Below, in pieces: positions 28,901-34,540 of a stretch of 40,444 bases of DNA. The stretch comes from a virus, in IMG/VR virus record IMGVR_UViG_3300025018_000052, positions 1 through 40,444 of that record; one strand, given 5' to 3'. Both the position numbers and the translations under genes were made by a program. The notes below the pieces were generated by a model. That model saw nothing but the letters and a program-made list of their open reading frames with translations, ran no database searches and was not told where the DNA came from. Position 1 is the first letter of the stretch. Each line of letters opens with the position of its first letter.

Positions 28901-29997
28901 ATGCTCTTTACGCATTTTCAAATGCTTCAATACAGGGATCTGCGAATGTAATTAAAACTCTTTCAAATCCTAAGAGCTTTGCAAAAATTACAACATTAAT
29001 ATCTGTTGTAAGTGCATTACTTCAATCTTGGAATAGGGCTATTGATGAGGAAGGGTATGAAAAAATAGACTCGTCGATCCGTGAATCAAACTGGGTATTT
29101 ATGGTTGGAGGAGGGAATTACATCAAATTAGGGCTTCCTTATGGATATAATGTAATAAAAGTTACGGCAGATAATATTTATGAGCTTTCTATAGGAAAGA
29201 CTGTTGCTATGGATAGTTTTAAATCTGTCTCGGGGGCTATGATTAATGCTTATAATCCTGTTGGTGGAGCTGATTTATTCAATGCTTATGTGCCTACATT
29301 CTTTAGGCCAATACAAGAAGTTTATGTTAATAAAGGTTGGCACGGAGGGAATATAGCCCCAATGAACATGACTGGGGTTAAGGAGAGTTTAAACTATTCT
29401 GAAAATGAAAATCCGATCTTCGTTAATTTGTCTAAGTATATGAGCAAATTTACAGGTGGAAGTTATGGAAGGAGGGGAGTTTTGGAAGTTTCTCCAGCTG
29501 GGATTGAATATTTATGGAATCAATATACAGGTGGTGTGGGACGGTTTATAATGGGAAATGCTAAGACTGTAGTCAATCTTGCAACTGATCCAGAAAACAT
29601 TGAGACAAAAGATATTCCTTTTTGGAGAAAAGTTGTTGGAAAGGTTGATGTCGAAAGGTACAACAGAAATTATATTTATGATATAATTGATAAATCTAAA
29701 AAGACTCCTTTAACAGAAGACGAAAAGATGGATTTCATGAGGGTATTAAAAGAAGAAGGGGAAAACAAAAGAATAACAATGAAAGAGGCTAAAGACTATA
29801 TGAATAAAGCTAAAAGCGGACAAGAAGACCTTACACAGACTAAAAAAGTTGTAGATTATATTGAGCGTCAAAATTGGTCCGAGGAAAAACTTAATCAGTT
29901 TCTTAATGAAAAACTAACAGATAACTCTTGGACCAAAGCTCAAGGATTAGGAACATTCACTAAAACCCAAATAAAGATGATTAGGAGCGAGTTGTAA
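19909..29997 (+). CDS. Giant polyvalent protein (3362 aa): N6-adenine DNA methyltransferase, SNF2-family helicase, RelA/SpoT-like nucleotidyltransferase and a large C-terminal module
   Basis: A single uninterrupted ORF. MTase at about nt 22340-22925: YYTPP, motif I LEPSAGVGRF, motif IV NPPYG. SNF2 helicase at about nt 23960-25480: GVGLGKT, VDEAHKFKN, LLTATPFTNNPLEFYN, QVEGRIHRQGN. RSH-like domain at about nt 26422-26760: RVKESKSVASKLKRK, NDMIGGTIV, WGYDGVHLE, TEIQVHT, AHTIYEKYR. Confidence 0.85.
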   Translation: MVLNWKDLQKKKDQLVKTVNVIGTGLAETQKQADIKKSAKKITDVRTTKQYPGVPITKITNTPKPLYGNTSLSPSMAENVLINKGITPSPTNVKNFSIKEDPTKGVLPSSLKNDNRSAKQKQEDSERAKEYYNFYNTNIRRAKEAWDMGNATVLGIKSGTILRAKKLIPTSIRAIAENINMDPFGQLDMFGKRNMSELEQAREEYSVMKGETEDVYYNSTLARNPLYNWAMDTIKDVEIEDEDIRRLATEGKSELVKEVFNIAQSSASFLATVAATVITKNPTALAAFGTSLDSLDTYNEARKTQSPSGALMSVSADASVTFALEKIGWDALMDTWSKPLAKQISDKIPLFKNITLKAPVATAITGNAVSSGITEGVQEVVQTMWQNAVAKFGYDHTRGIMDGVVEAFLLGSVLGGGATAVYQTKQAIEDKENINKAKEELKSKLGVDDTQAQALASYLHSFTRTESGMFKNKVDSMFKEKRTANYKGLQDAGSRPGIDIPGELPVPEKVTTAPVVSKEKEYKPTRKVPEAQAYNNSDFFYELDYHGERVTTDGVVLEFNSTVSAPKNKNTSGRVLTQENIDRIVPEGDLKPLSTKAVYTNGASLNGKGKQKLELVWMGEPSSKVGEGVVIKKQIFDYIKGKYPLASFKYNGSSDSSIAVFEGEKIVSLFMPLTNNFQNTQLGEESELYWRAEELTGNSNVDRIESDLKDNTNDTSSKRQISSPSGVSGEQSGGVYADNQQSPESGQRTPSQRERILGADRERSGTSKGGLNKKAKELLDSGKKPEDFTDEDIELLKSYSGMGGSGEAGRGLLDEYYTPPKVIDKMWALARKHGFTGGSVLEPSAGVGRFIDRGPDENVKYTALEIDDTSSKIAKIVLGKKADVKQMPFENLFVTETGKAIEIENTYNLIIGNPPYGEHRGYYKGLGEESKISKYEDYFIKRSLDLAKDNGLVVMVVPSGFLKTTVSYSKKQIAKSGELVEAYRLPEKIFDKTSIGTDILVFKKNTTADDNLLEQRLDSLAGDSYFKENKSKILGETKERKSRFGKMEVYVTGNEDVLDNIVLTESQDNGPKVFKEVTEKITKKKKALEGTESTAKVEEYSLREETGQLFSTMHLTDADKNIWRNKSADGSLVIKNLTGAEINTLNIFNGKYFDDFDYLQGNIYEKIDALENENISEEKKDEQRAKLEKILPKPKKLENIYLNPLGDFASSFKYETSTARSDVETLTLKEGFLDYLRGLPRDAFAPSDMWETMGYVRGDRVNTRGDVVLANTIKKRRKHVAEKLFPKFLETLDKDTKTKIEDQFNKEKNGFVSPDYKKVPLFVDGLDMTFGGRGLKIGEYKIDSIGFLSNRGTGINANGVGLGKTMMAIISTAQDVQKGWYKRPLFIVPKGVYNKWIEEIRLLFPKQKVVGLGNLGVGYGIKSADDIKAKINDGDFTVMTYEAIAQLGFKPETQSSLLGEINNAYTEVGNKTERARAKKMEQIQDISGKGKIRAEIKVEDLGFDNLIVDEAHKFKNIFSRAKENKDSDSKAQSGRWGGITGQSSARGVKMWLLSQYVQNKNDGRGVKLLTATPFTNNPLEFYNVLSLVAMKDMKAMGVDNINTFMDTFLKTTKKYVVKSGGKYDLADVVEDWQNKDILKGLIKRYIDFKDGEDYGVIRPTKFKKDYRFNATKQQLEYLQKAQELLDPKLKNKGGSLMYIDEAKKITLSPYLSRYYNGPLPTPKEFVESSPKLMGMMTMIKANRKKTGQVIYFPYEVDQMPLLREYLVDVLKYKPSEVGIIHGKIDDNVRERVKKDFNSGKVKVIIGSDAIKEGVDLQERSTDLYLTSYPWTPTDVIQVEGRIHRQGNIYKNVRINFLSLKDSVDSFLFQKLDTKTKRLANADAITQTLEGDNMDYESMTSDLITDPAFKLQVKTAIKKERADTKINGLKSEIALLEEQTKKYKEAEAEIQVTQEWLDDPRNAESWNMDNYRKKNKKSTKTLETLKERNVDPEVNQARISELEKVLEATIAKNKESEERLKEESKNLPEFIEKDPEPNDFKALEKQLLEENKTFIVLKGKDEDQTVKASKASSLEENVLPSVMMESSIESEPLTGADVPSLKSSETLPDESLESIDEKSKTLSSQRMKFLERFDMGYGLVDTTRIDDFISFVNTNVSEYDQSVKDLTIKTQSEAYFYRVKESKSVASKLKRKREKTLGTLNDMIGGTIVTENIDNVLGEYKKDNSEKSIDDMRTRPSMWGYDGVHLEKELSSGMFTEIQVHTREKLYQKEYAHTIYEKYREYFESNEVVELSDQALKDKMGEAVYSEYLKDIQLSRDVYAGIVPVPQEFIDKANERINKNKIVLEEEVSTENKTESVMTGSAQTVDGLKPVKVSKITKDLSLVDVGGKEMLTEAKTSEEIKEEVSSFIEDQSNIKEGDVVEINEKSPDLSPMEKQAVVVSGNKDMSVVEVDGGFKVVESKDLKPLEISDEIKEPKKPKRLKVANEKTAIEDLPPSPPESDLLETDGPDDGTVDFDLTKFERMRVIVQDKAIGLDKAQKIMGEGKNVQEDVDMYMEYELYSGAVTAAIEKFERNEWKPLQDELVKFTSLSPDHSQLIQNYLWLSHAEERNKNHYDGAAGITTKEARMKLKELKQLPQFPEMQKIAQQFQSLAKKLPEYLYKNGMIKQKEYESLLTLYKNYIPLQRILPDNGDFSQALGIGKGFDTRGTDIKKAKGSDLEVANILESIRLNWERAIIRVHKNNVGKTVYKFAKDYSKLSLFKLVRGKLKLMEVDGDIIRTIEPPSGDNILTVKIDGVQKYIKITDPTVANALKNLDSQPMNVAMRTLLSFTRFYSMINTSLNPEFIISNAIKDIQTASLNTSKEFGMFGMARNAKVFPEAYKGVFDALRGNDTTMAKLYNQMRELGGTTGYYNLSNREEIANKIREGEDALTLNSVGKLKSGGKKVLELIDFINDVVENGTRLAVYKVAIDQGFSPKKAAQLAKNATVNFNKKGTIGPGLNALYAFSNASIQGSANVIKTLSNPKSFAKITTLISVVSALLQSWNRAIDEEGYEKIDSSIRESNWVFMVGGGNYIKLGLPYGYNVIKVTADNIYELSIGKTVAMDSFKSVSGAMINAYNPVGGADLFNAYVPTFFRPIQEVYVNKGWHGGNIAPMNMTGVKESLNYSENENPIFVNLSKYMSKFTGGSYGRRGVLEVSPAGIEYLWNQYTGGVGRFIMGNAKTVVNLATDPENIETKDIPFWRKVVGKVDVERYNRNYIYDIIDKSKKTPLTEDEKMDFMRVLKEEGENKRITMKEAKDYMNKAKSGQEDLTQTKKVVDYIERQNWSEEKLNQFLNEKLTDNSWTKAQGLGTFTKTQIKMIRSEL

Positions 29998-30391
29998 GAA
30001 ATTCTGAAACAAAACCAATTGCCTCATCCGCACCAAAACATATACGAGCTTCGACATTTTCGATAGTGTTTATTGCATTGATCCAGTTTTTTTGATCTTC
30101 TTTAATTGTGTATTTTTTTATTCTTTTCATTTCAACAAACAACATACAAGCTTTTTTTGTTTTTGATTGTTTAGCTGGGATTATTACTAATAAGTCTGGA
30201 AGGCCAGAGCGTACACCCATTGCTATGTTTTCAGTCAATTGCCATCCCGATGGGGTCCATGTGCTATTAGGAATTGCCGTAAATTTTAGTTTTTTAACTT
30301 CTAGCCATTGAACAAAAGCTTTTTGTTCATCCGCCTCATAAGGAATTACTCGGTTAGGTACACTTTTTTGTTTTCTTTTAAAGTAAGGCAT
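29981..30391 (-). CDS. VRR-NUC domain nuclease (PD-(D/E)xK superfamily)
   Basis: 136 aa. EADEQKAFVQWLE ... GVRSGLPDLLVI ... MLFVEMKRIKK ... QKNWINAI matches the VRR-NUC layout (E, PD, ExK, Q..W). Confidence 0.8.
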   Translation of the reverse strand: MPYFKRKQKSVPNRVIPYEADEQKAFVQWLEVKKLKFTAIPNSTWTPSGWQLTENIAMGVRSGLPDLLVIIPAKQSKTKKACMLFVEMKRIKKYTIKEDQKNWINAINTIENVEARICFGADEAIGFVSEFLTTRS

Positions 30392-30454
30392 AAATTTATG
30401 GGTTTTCCCCGGTACAAGATAGCCCTCTCATACCGGGGGTGGACAACTTAATCT

Positions 30455-30673
30455 CTAAAGTTTTTCGTCGTCGCTAAGTTCAGTAGCTTCATTAGCAGGC
30501 TCAACATCTGCTTTAGGATCTGGAGTTGAATTTTCTTCCGGAACAGGGTCTACACCAACTGTTTCTAGGGGTTCGCTCACTTGAGCGACTTCCTCTTCCG
30601 GAGTTACTTCCGCTGAAACAGTGTCCTCAACTGTTTCTCCCGGAGTAGTTTCTACCGTTTGTTCGTCTGTCAT
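30455..30673 (-). CDS. Highly acidic small protein (candidate DNA mimic or disordered acidic protein)
   Basis: 72 aa, roughly one third D/E and only two K, rich in Pro/Thr/Val, with no hydrophobic core visible. Confidence 0.5.
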   Translation of the reverse strand: MTDEQTVETTPGETVEDTVSAEVTPEEEVAQVSEPLETVGVDPVPEENSTPDPKADVEPANEATELSDDEKL

Positions 30674-30692
30674 TTTTTTGTGGGTTAAAAAA

Positions 30693-31112
30693 TTACATTT
30701 TAAATATACTTATTTTTTCACGAATTGTTAACAATTTCTTAAGAGTTCTTTCAATCATTTTTCTTCTTAGAAATGCTAACTGTTTTTTGATGTCGTTTTT
30801 TTTACAAGTTTTCGCCACTTGTTTTTCTTTACTGGATTTTTTGGTGTAGGGCCTTTTATTGTTTCCATTTTTTTTTGGATTAATATGATCAATACTTATA
30901 ATAGACATTAATATTTCTTGTTCTGTTATTGGAAGCTTACTCCAACAACTTAAATGAGCATAGAAAAAGTAGACAAAAGGACTGTGTGCTGGGTCTGCTG
31001 ATACCAAAGACATTCTAATAATATCTTTAGGGTTTTTAAACTTTTCCATACAGACAGGACACATTTTGAAACATGGGCTTTCTATTCTCTTTATTTGTAA
31101 GAATGGGTTCAT
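30693..31112 (-). CDS. Hypothetical protein with a Cys/His zinc-finger-like N-terminus and a basic C-terminus
   Basis: 139 aa. CFKMCPVCMEKF ... YAHLSCW, then a lysine-rich tail. Confidence 0.45.
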   Translation of the reverse strand: MNPFLQIKRIESPCFKMCPVCMEKFKNPKDIIRMSLVSADPAHSPFVYFFYAHLSCWSKLPITEQEILMSIISIDHINPKKNGNNKRPYTKKSSKEKQVAKTCKKNDIKKQLAFLRRKMIERTLKKLLTIREKISIFKM

Positions 31113-31369
31113 AGTGTGTTTAAAAATTTAGTAAAGTTTTCAACATCTTTTGCCGGAGTGTCTTTATAAAAAATAATAACTTTTCCTAAAGGACTTTCTT
31201 TATAAAACATTTTACGAGTGATGTTTAATCCGTATATTTCCCCAAAAGTTTTCTTGAATCCATATTTTAGAAAAAATTTTAGGATATAAAAAGAATATTT
31301 ATAAGACCCATACTTAATGGCTGAAAGTTTTGTAATTTCTGTAATGTTTTTTTTAAAGTATTTTTTCAT
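31109..31369 (-). CDS. Hypothetical protein
   Basis: 86-aa ORF with a 4-nt overlap with the downstream gene and a 17-nt overlap with the upstream gene, on the same strand as its neighbours. Confidence 0.4.
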   Translation of the reverse strand: MKKYFKKNITEITKLSAIKYGSYKYSFYILKFFLKYGFKKTFGEIYGLNITRKMFYKESPLGKVIIFYKDTPAKDVENFTKFLNTL

Positions 31370-31832
31370 TCAAAATATAAGTTAAAATATGCTCAATAAC
31401 TTTACAATTAAAACCGTTCCCTAAACATTTATATCTTTGAGTATTCGAAATGCCTTCGGTGTAATTATCTGGTAAGGACTGTAGGCGTTCGCACTCTATC
31501 GGTGTTAATTTTCGGATAAAAAAATCCTCTTGAACCATTGAATCGGTTTGAACTGTTGTCAATGAATTTGCTTTGTCGGTCCTGTTATATTCTGGCTGTT
31601 TCCCTTCTCCCCTATTTCGCAAAGCAACGGGGGATACGAGCAATTGACCCGCAACCGCACTTGAACATTGCGGATTCGTTCCGAGCCTTTTTATTTCTGG
31701 AAAGTTTTTTTCAGAAATTTGAATTGCGTATTTATCGACCTCGCTTGAATAATATTCCTCAACTGGAATGTTTAGGTTTTTAAGAGCTTGTCTTGCGATT
31801 GATATTCCATCAAAGAGTGATAATACGTCCAT
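31353..31832 (-). CDS. Truncated C5-cytosine DNA methyltransferase-like protein (N- and C-terminal motifs only; core missing)
   Basis: 159 aa. Motif-I-like VLSLFDGIS and SSEVDKYA at the N-terminus. Motif IX/X-like RKLTPIECERLQSLPDNY ... CLGNGFNCKVIEHI at the C-terminus. Only a scrambled motif-IV-like GTNPQCSSAVAGQ lies between them. No ENV or QxRxR motifs. Confidence 0.6.
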   Translation of the reverse strand: MDVLSLFDGISIARQALKNLNIPVEEYYSSEVDKYAIQISEKNFPEIKRLGTNPQCSSAVAGQLLVSPVALRNRGEGKQPEYNRTDKANSLTTVQTDSMVQEDFFIRKLTPIECERLQSLPDNYTEGISNTQRYKCLGNGFNCKVIEHILTYILNEKIL

Positions 31833-32283
31833 TGTGTTTTTTTAAAGTTGGATAACAATTGTAAAAAGCTAACAAACTGGGAAAAGGGGCGGATCCACTT
31901 CCTTTTTGTAGCCCCTCAAATTTGAGCCTTCCTTTTATAAAAGCAAGATGAGCTTTTCCCAAAACATAATCATGAAAATATTTAGTGTCTGTCCTTGAAG
32001 GCATTAGTAATACAATTGTTGCTTTTGAACTTTCTTCGTAGCATTTTTTAATCCACTTTGGCATATCTCGTCCATAAGGTGGATTACAAAAGACTGTTTC
32101 GTTTTCCCATGATTGTATGAGACCATCTTGTTCTTTTGTGAAAAATTTTCGACACTTTGCATTGAGCGGTGTAGCACATGGATCAAGCGTAAAATTGTAA
32201 GACTCGTTTAATTCATTAAAAAGTCCTTGTGGTGTTCCCCATTCTACAGACTCGCTACTTAACATTGTTTTTATATTTTTCAT
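31810..32283 (-). CDS. dam: Phage Dam-type DNA N6-adenine methyltransferase
   Basis: 157 aa. EWGTPQGLFNELN..FTLDPCA..NAKC ... VFCNPPYGR ... LLMPSRTDTKYFH ... FIKGRLKF follows the small phage Dam family layout. Confidence 0.8.
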   Translation of the reverse strand: MKNIKTMLSSESVEWGTPQGLFNELNESYNFTLDPCATPLNAKCRKFFTKEQDGLIQSWENETVFCNPPYGRDMPKWIKKCYEESSKATIVLLMPSRTDTKYFHDYVLGKAHLAFIKGRLKFEGLQKGSGSAPFPSLLAFYNCYPTLKKHNGRIITL

Positions 32284-32301
32284 TTTATTTTTGTTATTTT
32301 A

Positions 32302-32329
32302 TTTATAGAAGAATGACCGCCTCTTGCAA
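32302..32329 (-). promoter_or_regulatory. Candidate sigma70-like promoter upstream of dam (TTGCAA-16-TATAAA on the minus strand)
   Basis: Read on the reverse complement: ttgcaa gaggcggtcattcttc tataaa, about 20 nt upstream of the dam ATG. Confidence 0.25.
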
Positions 32330-32543
32330 AACCTTGAACTCTATACATTTTATTGTCTTGCTCGTAGATGTATTCGATTTTTTTTAGTTCATCTTGTGTT
32401 AAAAAGGGGTAAGCGAGGTAAGCAGAGATCCAGACAATTAAAAAAAATTAGAGAAAGTATTATAAATGTGCATAAGGGAGCTAAATTAAAGTCAGTGTTC
32501 ATGTTTTTGTTTTTTCATATTGTTTGTTTTTTAAATTATGTCT

Positions 32544-32771
32544 TCATATATTTAGATTGTCAAGTTTTTGTCTTATGTTGCTTACAATTTCTTGCAATGT
32601 AGCCTCATCTATAACTTCCGGAAGGTCGCCTAGCAACATTTCCTTAACAAGATTTTGGTGGTGTTCAAGCTTTGCTTCCCTCATATGAGCTTGTCCCGCT
32701 CTACATTTCTGTGCAAGTCTGGCTTGATCCAAATCGACTTCAAGAGCCTCTAACTCTCTTCTTTTGTTCAT
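32544..32771 (-). CDS. Hypothetical coiled-coil protein
   Basis: 75-aa charged helical ORF on the same strand as its neighbours. Confidence 0.4.
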   Translation of the reverse strand: MNKRRELEALEVDLDQARLAQKCRAGQAHMREAKLEHHQNLVKEMLLGDLPEVIDEATLQEIVSNIRQKLDNLNI

Positions 32772-32787
32772 TTTTTATTGGTTAAGA

Positions 32788-32955
32788 TTATTTAGGTTTT
32801 TTCATTATTCTGAAATATTCTCTTTGTAATCTTTTAATTTGTTCTTTAATTTCGGGTGTTTGTGGCTTCTCTAATAATTTTTTACATTGTTCCGTAATGC
32901 TTTGGCTCGGATTTTCTAACTGATTGATTCTTTCTTTTCGTGATGGTTTAGTCAT
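32788..32955 (-). CDS. Small basic hypothetical protein (55 aa, below the ORF-track cutoff)
   Basis: Manual translation of the reverse strand gives MTKPSRKERINQLENPSQSITEQCKKLLEKPQTPEIKEQIKRLQREYFRIMKKPK. It fills an otherwise empty 200-nt gap between two minus-strand genes. Confidence 0.35.
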   Translation of the reverse strand: MTKPSRKERINQLENPSQSITEQCKKLLEKPQTPEIKEQIKRLQREYFRIMKKPK

Positions 32956-32973
32956 TTTAATTTATTTTTATAT

Positions 32974-34032
32974 CTACAATTTTTTTATTTTCAAAAAACT
33001 ATACGGATCTAAATACTTTTTTTGCACACTTATTTTACTAAGACCGTAAACATATTCTGTAAAACTTTTAGGGGTACTACTGAAAATATCAAAGTGTAAG
33101 TGTGGACCAAAAGAGGCTCCAGTATTCCCGCACGTTCCGATTGTTTGCCCTTTTTTAACTTCTTCTTTCTCAACGACAAGTCTTTTTTGGAGATGTGCAT
33201 ATCTACTATAAATATCTTGCCCTAAGTGCCTGTGCTTAATAACTATTAAATTACCCCAGCCTGTTCCATTTCCTCCGTTCTTTTTGGAAAAGACAACGGT
33301 CCCCGGCAAAGTTGAAACAACGGGAAGCCCTATATCAGAAGACGCTAATTTTCCCCAGTTAAAATCGAGTCCGGGATGAAAACCTTTTCCTAAAGAACTT
33401 TTAATAGAGTCTAGATAATCATATCCAAAGCGATCATATTTCATGGGAATTGTAGGCGTATCATTGTAAGCAACATAAGACAAAGAGTTGATTGAATAAT
33501 TAATATTCTCATCTCTTATAGGTTCTTTTGTTTTTTCTAAAGGAAAACATCCCATAAAAACAAACCTCCTCATACATCTGTAAAAATCTATAAGTGGCAT
33601 TTTCTGAACTTTATCAAGACCCCAAGTGTTAGCAAGAAGGACCATGTCTTTTCTGTAATCATACCCAAGCACCAAAATGCGATGTCCTCCTATTGAGGAT
33701 GGAAGAGTTTTTGGAAAAGACCCAATAACTTCTTTGCTATAATCAATGTCCTTGAACATATTGAGATCAACAACAAGTGGTCCAAAGGTAAAAAGAATTG
33801 TTTTAACTCCCGCTGGATTTACTGGCTTTTTAAGTATTTGAAACTCACATCTATATCCCATAAAGCCCTCTTCTAGTTTTCTTTGAAGTGTTTTTGTGTA
33901 GTCGTTAATTTTATCTAAAGGTATTTTTATACCGGTCTTATAGCTAAACAACATAGCCATTCCATAGTTAATACAGACGGCCATGTCTTCTTGATCATAC
34001 CAAATTTTAACTTCTTTTGTTACATTTTGCAT
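32974..34032 (-). CDS. Two-domain endolysin: N-terminal papain-like cysteine peptidase plus C-terminal M23 (LytM) metallopeptidase
   Basis: 352 aa. M23 at about nt 33000-33390: GFHPGLDFNWG (HxxxD), YAHLQK, GNTGASFGPHLHFDIF (HxH). N-terminal half: candidate catalytic Cys in DMAVCINYGMAML, then His/Asn in GGHRILVLGYD ... LANTWG. Confidence 0.8.
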   Translation of the reverse strand: MQNVTKEVKIWYDQEDMAVCINYGMAMLFSYKTGIKIPLDKINDYTKTLQRKLEEGFMGYRCEFQILKKPVNPAGVKTILFTFGPLVVDLNMFKDIDYSKEVIGSFPKTLPSSIGGHRILVLGYDYRKDMVLLANTWGLDKVQKMPLIDFYRCMRRFVFMGCFPLEKTKEPIRDENINYSINSLSYVAYNDTPTIPMKYDRFGYDYLDSIKSSLGKGFHPGLDFNWGKLASSDIGLPVVSTLPGTVVFSKKNGGNGTGWGNLIVIKHRHLGQDIYSRYAHLQKRLVVEKEEVKKGQTIGTCGNTGASFGPHLHFDIFSSTPKSFTEYVYGLSKISVQKKYLDPYSFLKIKKL

Positions 34033-34055
34033 TTTGAGGAGGTTATTTATAAACG

Positions 34056-34265
34056 TTAAATATCGTCATGACACATATCGGGATATAGGGTTAGCACGCA
34101 CTTCTCGCAAATTCCATGACTGACAATAGCAATCCCTTCCGCCACTTTCCTTTCAAATTCCGCTCTTTCGGCTTCATCTTCAATTACATTACCGTCTTTC
34201 ATCCAGCCTATTTTGTTGTATTCGGCTAAGTGCCAAGCACATTGTGATACAATTTCTTTTTCCAT
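34056..34265 (-). CDS. Hypothetical small protein (Cys/His-containing)
   Basis: 69 aa. QCAWH ... HGICEKCV may be a zinc site. Confidence 0.4.
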   Translation of the reverse strand: MEKEIVSQCAWHLAEYNKIGWMKDGNVIEDEAERAEFERKVAEGIAIVSHGICEKCVLTLYPDMCHDDI

Positions 34266-34270
34266 AATTG

Positions 34271-34540
34271 TTAGTTAATTGAGTTTTGAGTTTGAGACTG
34301 TAAACTTTCTTTATTCCATTTATTAAGCTTATAAATCTCTCTGGCCACTTTATTACACACTTCCCGGTACTTAAGCATACTTATTTCATTTTCCTTAAGA
34401 AAACTTATAGGCGGGTTCTTAAATAGATAATCCAATTGATCTGGGTATTCAGTCATCCCACTTTTTTCCAAAGAAGTAAATTCATTAAGAACATAAATTG
34501 ATAACATTACTTTTTTGTCTTGTTTTGTTTCTTTTTTCAT
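34271..34540 (-). CDS. Hypothetical protein
   Basis: 89-aa ORF whose start overlaps the stop of an upstream mini-ORF (TAATG). Confidence 0.4.
   Translation of the reverse strand: MKKETKQDKKVMLSIYVLNEFTSLEKSGMTEYPDQLDYLFKNPPISFLKENEISMLKYREVCNKVAREIYKLNKWNKESLQSQTQNSIN

Noticed and set aside
30407-30438. The hairpin ccccggta-N16-taccgggg, between the acidic-protein gene and the VRR-NUC gene, as an intrinsic terminator.
   Set aside because: The 8-bp stem has a 16-nt loop and no U-tract on either strand. It may be a minor RNA structure, but that is not enough to call a terminator.
32324-32602. A 92-aa plus-strand ORF in the gap upstream of dam.
   Set aside because: It lies opposite the local gene orientation, has a low-complexity Phe/Leu/Cys-rich translation typical of reading AT-rich DNA, and overlaps the 3' end of the minus-strand ORF 32544-32771. 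It is treated as spurious.
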